Below are positions 42,867 through 51,748 of a stretch of 64,000 bases of DNA, piece by piece (within the stretch, counting starts at the first letter, position 1; every line of letters starts with the position of its first letter). The notes beneath the pieces were generated by a model. That model made no database searches, was not told the origin of the DNA, and saw only the letters and a list, made by a program, of their open reading frames with translations. The stretch lies in contig OZ219787.1 in NCBI GenBank assembly GCA_964291285.2, positions 544,001-608,000 of the forward strand, in the 5' to 3' direction. The translations under genes and the position numbers were made by a program. This DNA comes from Alphaproteobacteria bacterium. Lineage in GTDB: Bacteria > Pseudomonadota > Alphaproteobacteria > Bin95.

Positions 42867-43310
42867 CTACCCGGAAGGAGGGAACACGGGGGCCTTCCAC
42901 CGCTTCCGCCTGCGGCGCACCGCGAGGCGGCGGCTGCGCTCCATGCGGTGGCGCCGGAGGAATCTGCACAAGGTCGGGCCGGAGAGCCGCACGCCCTCGG
43001 CGGCCAGCGCCTCGCTCAGCGCCCGGCTGGACAGTTCGGGCCGCGCCTCAAGGATACGGACGATCCGCTCGCGCTCCGCCTCCACCCGCGAGGGGCGCCC
43101 GCCGCGCGCGTCCTCCCGCACATGCCCGCGCTCGCGAAACCGTCTCACCCAGCGGCTGACGCTCGTGGCGGCCAGCCCGAACCGCGCCGCCGCCGCCTTG
43201 ACGCTCAGGCCCTCTTCCAGCACCGCCGCCACCGCCCGGCCCCGCAGTTGCGCGGCGACCGCCCGGCCCCGCCGGGACTCCGTCAGCGCACCTTCCGGTT
43301 CGTTCGCCAT
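42867..43310 (-). CDS. Stand-alone double-HTH protein homologous to the IS630 transposase N-terminal region, copy 2
   Basis: Aligns without gaps to the 6342-6779 protein (80/126 identical by hand count); purine-rich GAGGAG/GGAAGG RBS region; no DDE ORF. Confidence 0.75.
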   Translation of the reverse strand: MANEPEGALTESRRGRAVAAQLRGRAVAAVLEEGLSVKAAAARFGLAATSVSRWVRRFRERGHVREDARGGRPSRVEAERERIVRILEARPELSSRALSEALAAEGVRLSGPTLCRFLRRHRMERSRRLAVRRRRKRWKAPVFPPSG

Positions 43311-43525
43311 CCTTCCCGCTCCTCTCCGACTGCGCCCGCCATGGGCCAACTCCACCGACAGAACGGCGCCCCGCCGCCGTTTTTGCGCGCGCATCTCCCC
43401 CGTCTACCGCCCGGCCCCCGGCCGCCGGCAGTTTCTTTCCAAATTCGTGCCGGAAGGGACGCCGCCATGCGCCCGATCCGATAGCCCGTCAGGTCATCCC
43501 TCGCTCGACTTCCTGCTTTGCGATG

Positions 43526-43559
43526 GAACATATATAGAATATATGGGGATAAAGTCAAG
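43526..43559 (-). promoter_or_regulatory. Sigma70 promoter overlapped by a LexA-like box, upstream of HTH copy 2
   Basis: Minus strand CTTGAC-N16-CTATAT; plus strand GAAC-ATATATA-GAAT (43526-43540); same spacing as the 7043-7076 copy. Confidence 0.65.
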
Positions 43560-43573
43560 GCCGGAGACGCCGC

Positions 43574-43634
43574 CCCTTCGACAGGCTCAGGGCAGGCTCC
43601 TCCGCCATGCCCGGAACAAGGCCGGGCGTGGCGG
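43574..43634. repeat. REP-like palindromic repeat fragments
   Basis: CCCTTCGACAGGCTCAGGGC followed by hairpin CCGCCATGCCCGG-AACAAGG-CCGGGCGTGGCGG; both resemble widespread proteobacterial intergenic palindromic repeats. Confidence 0.55.
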
Positions 43635-43679
43635 GAAGAAGACAGGGGCCCGCATGGAGACCGCTGGCGCAAACACCCG

Positions 43680-44455
43680 CTACCCCTTGCGCCCCCGCAG
43701 GTCCGAAACGGCGACGGAACGCGCCCTCGCGCGGCATTCCCTGTATGCCGTCCTGCTTCCCTTACCGCCGCCAAAGCGCTCCCGGCAGTCCCTCTCCAGA
43801 CGCCTCTTTTCCATAATCAGCAGGTTGTTGTCTCCGAGCGAGCCGCAAACGCCGTCTCCGTTCCAGCCTTTGCCGCCCCCGGTTGCCGGATGCCCGATGC
43901 AACTCTCCTCAACCTGCTTGCCCGCTCGCCAGTTGCAGGTGACGCCCCTGCCGTTTTTCCACCCGTATGTGCCCCGGCCGTGGAAACGACTGTCCCTGAA
44001 CTGCCCGATATAGCGGGCGCCGTTCCCGCCGATATACACTCCACAACCCTGTATCCCGCGAGGACCGAAATCCCTGTCGCTGGCATAAATGTCGCCATTT
44101 GCCAGATACAGCCTTCCCTTTCCGCGAATTTCCCCATCGACGAACCAGCCTTCGTAGCGGTCGCCGGCAGCGGCCTTGCGCCGGGCTGCGCGCTGACCTT
44201 CGCCGGGTCGGACAGGACAGCGGCGAATGTCGAGGAGCCGCGCTCGTAGTCCCGCTGCCTCGTATCGAGATTGAGGGAACGCCTGCCGGTGACATCGTCC
44301 ACCTTCGTCAAGGCGCCGGCCGTCTCGTGAAGAAGCGTGTCGGTCGCCTTGGCGGCTTCCCCGACCGTCGAGGCAAATTCCCCAATGCCTTCGCAGGCGG
44401 AAAGCGCAAGAACGGCAAGCCCGGCAAGCATCGCCCGGGATATCCGGCAAACCAT
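43680..44455 (-). pseudogene. Frameshifted MORN-repeat lipoprotein
   Basis: Signal/lipobox LALSAC in the frame starting at ATG 44455; MORN repeats (GDRYEGWFVDG, GARYIGQFRDSRFHGRG) in a different frame ending at 43680; frame switch near 44160-44230. Confidence 0.65.
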
Positions 44456-44483
44456 GGAATCCCCCTCCAGAAAGCCCCTCGGC

Positions 44484-45980
44484 CTAGCGCCCCCACCTCT
44501 TGCGCTGCTTCACGTTCCTGTCCGTGAGGGTGCCGCAGACGCCTTCGCCCCGGTAGCGCGCGCCGATGCCCGTCACCCGGTGGGCCTTGCAGCTTTCCAC
44601 GACCCGCTGGCCGTCCCGCCAGTCGCAGGTGGCCGCCACGCCCTCGGCCCACTCATAGGTGCCCCGGCCATGGAAGCGGCCGTCGCGGAACTGCCCCAGA
44701 TAGCGGTCTCCGTTCGCGCGGACATAGAGGCCGCAGCCCTGGAAGCCCCGGCTGTCGAACTCGCCGTCGCCGCCATAGACGTCGCCATTGGCGAGATACA
44801 TCGTGCCGCGCCCGCGAATCCCGCCGTCGGCGAACTCGCCCACATAGCGGTCCCCGTTGGCGAAGGTGAGGACGCCCCGTCCGTGCGGCCTGCCATCCAT
44901 GTGCTGGCCTTCATATTTCGCCTCTTCGCGGTCCGCCCCCTCCGGAGCCGCCGCTGCTGCCTTCTGTCCTTCCCCGCGCCCCGCCGCGCCGGCCGGAACC
45001 GGCAGGGCGCCGCGCCAGGACGCCGTGCGGAAACAGACGGCCGCGGCCCGGCCGGGAAACGTTCCGTCCGCCGGATGCTCGACACAGCTTCCCTCGACCT
45101 CCGCATCGCCCCGCCATTCACAGGTCTTCATGAGCCCGTCCGGCCAGGCGTAGCTGCCGAGGCCGTGAAATCTGTCGCGCCGGAACTCTCCGGCGTAATA
45201 CTCCCCATTGGCCCAGATATAGGCTCCGCATCCGTGGAATTGGTCATCGCGGACGTCGCCGACATAGCGGTTTCCGTCCGCCATCGTCCAGTCGCCGAAT
45301 CCGTAAAATCTCCCGTCCCTGAAATCCCCCTCGTAACGTTCGCCCCCGGGGCTGTCGTAGATGCCTTTTCCGTGCATCTTCCCGTCGCGCACTTCCCCGA
45401 TATAGCGGTCCCCGTTCGCCATGGACGAGACGGCGTTGCCCTGGAATTTTCCATCCAGGAAATCGCCGTCATAACGCTCGCCGTCAGGCCAGAAATATAC
45501 GCCCCGTCCATGGAACTTCCCGTTCCGGAACGCGCCGACATAGCGGTGGCCGTCGGGCGAATGCCACTCGCCCTGTCCGTCGGCGACGCCTTTTCGCCTC
45601 TGGCCCCGGAATTCCGGCGCCGCTTCGCCTCCCCCCGCCGTTCGCGGCGCCGGACGCGGCAGCGGGACGCCCAGCGCCGTCCGCCGCGGCAGGTCGGGCT
45701 TCGCTTCCACGACCGGCTCGATCTTTTCGGGATCTACGGGAGCCGTGGTCAAAATCCGGGCCTGCCGGTCGCGCTCGACCTGTTTGGTCCTGTGATGGAC
45801 GGCGTGTTTCCGGGCGGCCTTTCCCGCCTTCGCCACCGGCGCCTTTTTCTCCTGGAACTGGGCGCGCAGACCAGACCCGAATTTGTCGAAATCAGACCCG
45901 ATTTTCCGGGCCGCCTCGCAGGAAGAAAGCACGAAAACCACGAGGCAAGCAGCGAGGACCCTGACTGCGAGGTTTTTCAT
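44484..45980 (-). CDS. MORN-repeat lipoprotein with two Cys-capped MORN arrays
   Basis: Lipobox VLSSC; many G-x-x-Y-x-G-x-F-x-x-G-x-F-x-G-x-G repeats. Confidence 0.85.
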   Translation of the reverse strand: MKNLAVRVLAACLVVFVLSSCEAARKIGSDFDKFGSGLRAQFQEKKAPVAKAGKAARKHAVHHRTKQVERDRQARILTTAPVDPEKIEPVVEAKPDLPRRTALGVPLPRPAPRTAGGGEAAPEFRGQRRKGVADGQGEWHSPDGHRYVGAFRNGKFHGRGVYFWPDGERYDGDFLDGKFQGNAVSSMANGDRYIGEVRDGKMHGKGIYDSPGGERYEGDFRDGRFYGFGDWTMADGNRYVGDVRDDQFHGCGAYIWANGEYYAGEFRRDRFHGLGSYAWPDGLMKTCEWRGDAEVEGSCVEHPADGTFPGRAAAVCFRTASWRGALPVPAGAAGRGEGQKAAAAAPEGADREEAKYEGQHMDGRPHGRGVLTFANGDRYVGEFADGGIRGRGTMYLANGDVYGGDGEFDSRGFQGCGLYVRANGDRYLGQFRDGRFHGRGTYEWAEGVAATCDWRDGQRVVESCKAHRVTGIGARYRGEGVCGTLTDRNVKQRKRWGR

Positions 45981-46060
45981 GGAACCGCGTTCGCTGCCTC
46001 CCGCAACATACCTCTAGCTGCGGCGTCCCGGCATCGTCAAGTCGGCCGGACGCCGGGCCG

Positions 46061-47002
46061 TCAGCCCGAAGCGGCGCGCAGGCGAACAAGAGCGTAGAGC
46101 GCGTCGATTACCGGGGTTTCGATGCCGGCCATGCGGCCGAGTTCTCGCACCGACCCCAGGGTCGGGTCGAGTTCCGGGGGCCGGCCGCGCTCGATGTCCT
46201 GGAGCAGGGACGGGCGGTGGGTATCGAAGCCTGCCGTCTTGTTTATGCGGTCCTCGGTCGAGATCGGGATTTCGACCCCGAAGGCGCGGGCGACGGCCTT
46301 GCATTCCTCCATCGCGCCGCGGACGACATGGCGCGCGCCCTCGTCCCGCGCCGTCTCGCCGACGGATGCGCTGGCGAGGGCGGCAACCGGAGCGATGGAG
46401 ACATTGGCGAGCAGCTTGAGCCAGATGTCGGTGCGGATGTCGGCGCTGACCGCAACCCCGATGCCGGCTCCGCGCAGGAGGTCCGCGAGCGCGGCAAGCC
46501 GGGGCGAATGGCTCCCGTCCGGCTCGCCCATCCGGTATTCCGCGCCGCCGGTGTGGTGGACGGTGCCGGGGGCGGAAACCTCGGCCGCGACGAAGGTGAT
46601 GCAGCCGATGGCGCGCCCGGGCGCGATTGCGGCCTGTATGCGCCCGCCCGGATCGACGCTCTCGATGCGCCGGCCGTCCAGCCCGTGGAAATACCAGTAG
46701 GGCAGCCCGTTCATGGCCGTCACGACGGCCGTCTCCGGTCCGAGCAGCGCCGAGACGCCCGTCAGGGCCCCGGGGAGCTGGTGGCTCTTCAGCGTGATGA
46801 AGACGGCGTCCTGCGGGCCGAGTTCGGCTGCATCGGCGCTCGCCGGCAGCCGGACCGTGCGCCCGCCCATGCTGAGGCCGCGCGCGCGTATGGCGTCGAG
46901 ATGCGCCCCGCGCGCCACGACCGAAACATCCGCGCCCGCGCCGGCCAGCGAAACCGCGAGGTGGCCGCCTATGGCGCCCGCGCCGTAAACCGCAATCCGC
47001 AT
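46061..47002 (-). CDS. Ketopantoate reductase family protein
   Basis: YGAGAIG, AMNGLPYW, IWLKLLAN, SLLQDIERGR motifs. Confidence 0.85.
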   Translation of the reverse strand: MRIAVYGAGAIGGHLAVSLAGAGADVSVVARGAHLDAIRARGLSMGGRTVRLPASADAAELGPQDAVFITLKSHQLPGALTGVSALLGPETAVVTAMNGLPYWYFHGLDGRRIESVDPGGRIQAAIAPGRAIGCITFVAAEVSAPGTVHHTGGAEYRMGEPDGSHSPRLAALADLLRGAGIGVAVSADIRTDIWLKLLANVSIAPVAALASASVGETARDEGARHVVRGAMEECKAVARAFGVEIPISTEDRINKTAGFDTHRPSLLQDIERGRPPELDPTLGSVRELGRMAGIETPVIDALYALVRLRAASG

Positions 47003-47052
47003 GAGGCCCCCTTCCCCTTGCAGACAGGTTTACGACCGGAGGGCGTCCGCCT

Positions 47053-48135
47053 TCAACCGGGGCGCGCGGGCGCGGCCGTGAAATGGGGCACGTAGTCCCG
47101 GTTGTGCCTGAGGAGCCGCTCGTCGGTGCCGAGCGCATAGTGCTTCGACATGTCAGGGCTGTAACGGCTGGCCGCGGGCATGCGCCCGATGGCCTCCGCC
47201 ATGGCGCGGATATGGTGCGGGCCGGTGCCGCAGCAGCAGCCGAAATAGCGCAGGCCCAGTTCGTGGCACTTGCTGGCGAAATCGCCCATCTCGTAGCGGG
47301 TGCACTGGAAGGGGTCGAGCCCGACCGGGAAGCTCAGGCCCCCCGGCAGCGCTTCGGGAAACGGCATGGCGTCGTCCACCAGCGCGCCGAAGGCCGGCTG
47401 CAGGGCGGTGGTCCGGTAGGCGACGGCCCAGGTGCAGAGCCGTGCCGGGTCCACCTCCCCGGCGACCTCGCGGAGGAGCGGATACATGGTCGCCGGACCC
47501 CGGTGGCAATTGAAGCCGACCAGATGCGCGCCCTCGTCCAGCGAAATGCGGCAGGCTTCGGCCAGCGAGCCGTCGAAATCCCGGAGCTTGCCCGAGCGGT
47601 GGATCGCAAAGCCGAGCACGAGCGGCAGGCCCGCCTGCCGGCAGACGTCTATGGCGATCTTCGCTTCGCCCAGATGCGACAGCGTCTCGCAGACGATGTA
47701 ATCGACGCCTTCTTCCGCCGCCCAGCCGATCTGTTCCTCAAACATCTCGCGCGCGGTTACGTACGTCGCCGGGTCGTCCGGGTCGTATCTGTTGGTGTTG
47801 CACGTGCCGCCGGCGAGGAGCGTGCCGGGATGGCGCAGGGCGACCTTGCGGGCAATGGCGATGGCGTCGCGGTTGAGCCGCTCCAGCAGGTGCTCCCTGC
47901 CGATCAGGCGGAGCCTCTCGCGGTGGCCGTAATAGGTGAAGGCGAGCACCACGTCGGAGCCGCAGCGCACGAATTCCTCGTGAAGCTGCTCGACGACTTC
48001 CGGATGGTCGATCACCACTTCGGGCACATAGGCCCCCGCCTGCAGGTAGCCGCGCCGCTCCATCTCGAACAGGTAGCCGCTGCCGTGGATGACCGCCTGT
48101 CCGGCGGCCAGGCGTTCCATCAGCGCTCCGGCCAT
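47053..48135 (-). CDS. Homocysteine S-methyltransferase family (betaine-homocysteine methyltransferase-like)
   Basis: GYLFEMERRGYLQAGAYVPEV, GFNCHRGP, GCCCGTGPHHIR Zn-ligand motifs. Confidence 0.88.
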   Translation of the reverse strand: MAGALMERLAAGQAVIHGSGYLFEMERRGYLQAGAYVPEVVIDHPEVVEQLHEEFVRCGSDVVLAFTYYGHRERLRLIGREHLLERLNRDAIAIARKVALRHPGTLLAGGTCNTNRYDPDDPATYVTAREMFEEQIGWAAEEGVDYIVCETLSHLGEAKIAIDVCRQAGLPLVLGFAIHRSGKLRDFDGSLAEACRISLDEGAHLVGFNCHRGPATMYPLLREVAGEVDPARLCTWAVAYRTTALQPAFGALVDDAMPFPEALPGGLSFPVGLDPFQCTRYEMGDFASKCHELGLRYFGCCCGTGPHHIRAMAEAIGRMPAASRYSPDMSKHYALGTDERLLRHNRDYVPHFTAAPARPG

Positions 48136-48301
48136 GACCGTCCTCCCCTGTCTGCTGCCGGTGGGAAAGCCTGACAGGGCCGGCACGCGCCATTGGCCCG
48201 ATTTCCGACGCGAATACGCCCGTTTGCGTCACCGGCAGTCGCGACGAAGCTGGTTGCGCCCGGCCCGTGGTCCCCCGAAATGTGAATTTATATTTTCTAT
48301 T

Positions 48302-48331
48302 TTGACATCATGAGGAATATTCATTTATCGT
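48302..48331 (+). promoter_or_regulatory. Putative sigma70 promoter in an AT-rich block upstream of the DUF1353-like gene
   Basis: TTGACA-N18-TATCGT preceded by an AT-rich UP-like tract; ATGA-N7-TCAT palindrome in the spacer. Confidence 0.5.
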
Positions 48332-48444
48332 TTACGCCTCTTCAGCCGCCGCTTCCGGGAGGATGCTATCGATGTCCGGCGCTTTCGGTCCCGTCCCCGC
48401 GGAAGGCCGCGCCCGTCTCAAGTCCTGATTTGCGGAGCGCCGGC

Positions 48445-48909
48445 ATGGCCCCCAGGCAACCCATCGTCGCACCGCATGCAGCGGAAAACACCTATGAGCT
48501 CAGGCGCGATTACCGACTGGAAATAGAGGGCGTCGCCGTCGTCGTTCCCAAATTCTTCACATTCGACGGCGCCAGCATGCCCGCCCCCGCCTGGATGTTC
48601 ACCTACACGCCCTTTCATCCGGACGTGATGCTGCCGTCCCTGATCCATGACTGGATGTACTACAATCACCAGGAGAACCGGGAAATTACCGACGACATAT
48701 TCTTTACCCTGCTGAAGAACAACGGAGTCAGCAATTTCATGGCGAATGCGATGTGGGGCGCCGTAAGGGCAGGGGGAGACTTCTTCTGGGACAATGATGA
48801 CGACGATCTCGAAATGCTGACTGCGCTGTGCAGAAAGGCGCGGCAACGGCCGAATTTCGACGGATACAAATTTCCGGAAGACGTGATCGCCCAAGCTTCC
48901 GGAAACTAG
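48445..48909 (+). CDS. DUF1353-like protein
   Basis: VVPKFFTFDGASMP..SLIHDWMY..REITDDIF..MWGAVRAGG pattern. Confidence 0.75.
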   Translation: MAPRQPIVAPHAAENTYELRRDYRLEIEGVAVVVPKFFTFDGASMPAPAWMFTYTPFHPDVMLPSLIHDWMYYNHQENREITDDIFFTLLKNNGVSNFMANAMWGAVRAGGDFFWDNDDDDLEMLTALCRKARQRPNFDGYKFPEDVIAQASGN

Positions 48910-49556
48910 CCGGCGCCGGCCGCCAGGTCGAGGCAGGCCCGCAGCGCCTCCACCGCCGCCTCGAAGGATGGCGCCGCCGGATAACCACCGGTTTCGATAG
49001 CAGCATATTCATCCGGCAGGCCCTTGCGGCCCAGCGCATGGCGAAGCGTGGCGCCGTGGATGCGCAGAATGTTCAGGAAGTCCGGCGTCCCGAACAACCG
49101 CGGCGCAGCGCGAGACACGACCGCGAAATCGTATATGTCGCGAGCAGCAAGTCCGGCCGCCCTGTGGTGAAATTTTCGCGCGATGATTTCCTCGTCCGGC
49201 ATCACCCGCACCACACCCGCCACACCGGGCACGGCCAGGCGTTCGTCCTCGACAGCATCCGGCAATACCTGCATGGACACGATGAAATCGACTTCGTGGG
49301 TTCCATATTCGAGGCGAACGACATTGGCTGTTTCCCGGTAGGGGACCTGCAAATCGTTCAGCCTGGGGCTGAGCAGGCCGAGAAACTGGATGTCTTCGAG
49401 GAAGATGTCGATGTCATGGCTGATGCGGTGTCCATGACGCAGGGCCAGAACGGTTCCGCCTCCCCAGCGCCAGTCATCGCGGGCGAGGCCGGCGCGGTCG
49501 AGAATCCCGACGGCGTCCGCCAGCCAGCCAGCCCAGGGCGCAGCGTTGTCAGACAC
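48906..49556 (-). CDS. AbiEii/DUF1814 nucleotidyltransferase toxin
   Basis: WGGGTVL..HRISHDIDIF, EIIARK..R..ARDIYD motifs; GTG start overlaps the upstream small ORF. Confidence 0.85.
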   Translation of the reverse strand: MSDNAAPWAGWLADAVGILDRAGLARDDWRWGGGTVLALRHGHRISHDIDIFLEDIQFLGLLSPRLNDLQVPYRETANVVRLEYGTHEVDFIVSMQVLPDAVEDERLAVPGVAGVVRVMPDEEIIARKFHHRAAGLAARDIYDFAVVSRAAPRLFGTPDFLNILRIHGATLRHALGRKGLPDEYAAIETGGYPAAPSFEAAVEALRACLDLAAGAG

Positions 49557-49824
49557 CTCGTTGCATCCGGTCGAGCGCGGCGATGTCGAGGCCGAAGAGT
49601 TCGACCAGCCGCCGTTCGACCGCCGCCGCGGTGAGGCCCACATCGGCCGCAAGCGGCGCGAGACCCGTTGCCGGCGTCTCCAGCAGGGCCTGCCTCACCC
49701 GCGCGACCTCCGGGCCCTCCGGCGCGGCGCCGCGCAGAATGGCCGCGAGGCGCTCCGGCGCCAGCCGGCCGTGACTGACCGAGCCGTGCCGGGCATAGCT
49801 GCGCAGGGCCGCTCCGCTGGACAT
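49549..49824 (-). CDS. Small putative antitoxin coupled to the nucleotidyltransferase
   Basis: 91-aa ORF overlapping the toxin start; TATAAT lies 7 nt upstream of ATG 49824 (leaderless pattern). Confidence 0.6.
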   Translation of the reverse strand: MSSGAALRSYARHGSVSHGRLAPERLAAILRGAAPEGPEVARVRQALLETPATGLAPLAADVGLTAAAVERRLVELFGLDIAALDRMQRGV

Positions 49825-49886
49825 GGGTTCCATTATAGGGCCTCCATGGGGGAAGTCCGCACCCAGGCAGGCAGCCGGAGGCCCCC

Positions 49887-50717
49887 ATGACATCGTTTCG
49901 CGAGATTTCGGAAACCGGGGCGGAGGGCGAAATCGCCGTCGTCTATGACGAAATCCGCGGAACCTGTGCCGTGCCCTATGTGTCGTCGCTGTTCCGGCAT
50001 CTGGCCGCCTATCCGGGCCTCCTGCCCTGGGCCTGGCGGGCGCTGCGGCCGGCGCTTCTTTCCGGGGCGGCGCAGCAGCTCGCCTGGCAGCGCGTCGATG
50101 TATCCGGCCTGCCGCCCTTGCCGCCCCTTTCCCGCGCGGCGCTTGCCGGCCTCGGGGTCGATGCGGGCGGCCTCGATGCGATCCGCACCGTCTGCCGCAG
50201 CTTCGCGCGCGTGAGCCCCGTCAACCTCGTCGCCGCCGCCTCGCTCGCCGGGCTGCTCGGCCAGCGCCCGTCCGGTGCGGAACCCGCGGTCCCGCTTGAG
50301 CCGGCCGAATTGCCGGCGCCCTTGCCTGCCATGCCCGGCATGGTTCCGGAAACCGCGATGACGCCCGCGACCCGAACCGCGCTCGCGGCGTTCGAGACGG
50401 ACCTTGCGGGCGAGGTCTTCGTGCCCGGGCTCTACCGCATCCTGGCGCACTGGCCGGGCTTCCTCGCCCATCTCGCCGCCTCGCTCGGGCCGCTGCTGCG
50501 CGACCCTGCCGTGCTCGACATCTGCGAAGGCATTGCCGGGCGGATAACCGCGCTTGCCCCCTCGGTGCTGGCGGCGCTCGAGCCGCCGGCGGAGCCCGCG
50601 CCGCTCACGCCCGGCGAGACCCGGTCCGTCCTCTCGGCGATCCGCGCCTATCGCGGCACGAGCCCGCAAATGGTCGGCTTCGGCACCCTCATCCTCCAGT
50701 CGCTGCCGGACGATTGA
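49887..50717 (+). CDS. DehI-like (halocarboxylic acid dehalogenase/AhpD-like) two-repeat protein
   Basis: YDEIR..VPYVSSLFRHLAAYPGLL..W and second repeat FVPGLYRILAHWPGFL. Confidence 0.55.
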   Translation: MTSFREISETGAEGEIAVVYDEIRGTCAVPYVSSLFRHLAAYPGLLPWAWRALRPALLSGAAQQLAWQRVDVSGLPPLPPLSRAALAGLGVDAGGLDAIRTVCRSFARVSPVNLVAAASLAGLLGQRPSGAEPAVPLEPAELPAPLPAMPGMVPETAMTPATRTALAAFETDLAGEVFVPGLYRILAHWPGFLAHLAASLGPLLRDPAVLDICEGIAGRITALAPSVLAALEPPAEPAPLTPGETRSVLSAIRAYRGTSPQMVGFGTLILQSLPDD

Positions 50718-50797
50718 GCGCGCAGGCGCCGGGTCGAGGCGCGGGCAAGGAGCCGCTATCCTGACGGCATGACATGCCATCGACAGGCCGCGCGCCG

Positions 50798-51715
50798 ATG
50801 ACGGCGCTTTCGGCGCGGGAGGTGCGCGAGGCGGCGGCGCTTGTGCGGGAACGGCGGGCGGCGACGGACCGTGCGCTCAAGCGGCGGGGGCTGACGGTGC
50901 TCGCGGTCGGGCTCTCCTTCGGGCTGGCGCTGCTGCTCGCCTGGGCCGGCGGCTGGCGAATGGAGGAGAGCCGCCTCCAGCTTCTCGTCGTGGTCGGCAC
51001 CGCCTCCTTCGCGGCGATGCTGGTCTGGGCGCTCGCGCCCTCCCGCCGTCAGCTTCTCAGCGAGAAGAGCGCGCTCGCGCCGCTGGTGCTGGAGACGCTG
51101 GGCGATTTCGACTATGCGCCCGGCGGGCGCATCGCAGAGGACATGCTCGCGCGCTCGCGCCTCTTCGGCCGCTGGTCGGACTACAGCGGCGGCGACCTTG
51201 TGCGCGGCGAGCATGAGGGCCTGCCCTTCGGCTATGCCAGGGCGGCGCTGACAAGGGGCGGTCCGGCGAAGCTCGAATCGCTGGTGACCAGCGGCAAGGT
51301 GAAGGAGGTGTTCCGGGGCGCGGTGCTCGCCGTGGAAGGCCTGCCGCCTGCCGCCGGCATGGCCTTCGCCGTCACCGACCGGGGCCGGGCGATGGACTGG
51401 CTGGCCGACCTCAGCGCCGAAATGCCGGAGCTGCGCCGGCGCGAATCGGGCGCGCTGGAGGTCTGGGCCGCAGCCCCGGAGGATGCCGGCCGGCTGGCCC
51501 GGCCCGAACTGGCGGAGGCGCTGGCGGCGCTCTGCCAAGCGGCGGACGCCGGGTCCGCCGAACTCAGCCTGCATGGCACCGCCGCGCTGGTGAAGCTCCA
51601 CACCCGCCGCCCGATCCTGCCCGGCATCGCCGAGGACCCCGTTGACGAGGCCCGCGACCTGCACCGGGAGATGGCGGCCGCCCTCACCCTTGTCGCCGCC
51701 CTGGTGCGTGCTTAG
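50798..51715 (+). CDS. Hypothetical membrane protein with two N-terminal TM helices (DUF3137-like); alternative start 50774
   Basis: Two hydrophobic segments, then SRLF..YSGGDLVRG..EVFRGAVL. Confidence 0.55.
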   Translation: MTALSAREVREAAALVRERRAATDRALKRRGLTVLAVGLSFGLALLLAWAGGWRMEESRLQLLVVVGTASFAAMLVWALAPSRRQLLSEKSALAPLVLETLGDFDYAPGGRIAEDMLARSRLFGRWSDYSGGDLVRGEHEGLPFGYARAALTRGGPAKLESLVTSGKVKEVFRGAVLAVEGLPPAAGMAFAVTDRGRAMDWLADLSAEMPELRRRESGALEVWAAAPEDAGRLARPELAEALAALCQAADAGSAELSLHGTAALVKLHTRRPILPGIAEDPVDEARDLHREMAAALTLVAALVRA

Positions 51716-51748
51716 GCTTCGGCGGCGGTGGCAGGAGGGGGAACGCCG

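Noticed and set aside
48136-48279. Riboswitch or betaine-regulator boxes upstream of the BHMT-like gene
   Set aside because: Only short GTCG/CGAC words that are common at this GC content; no convincing consensus.
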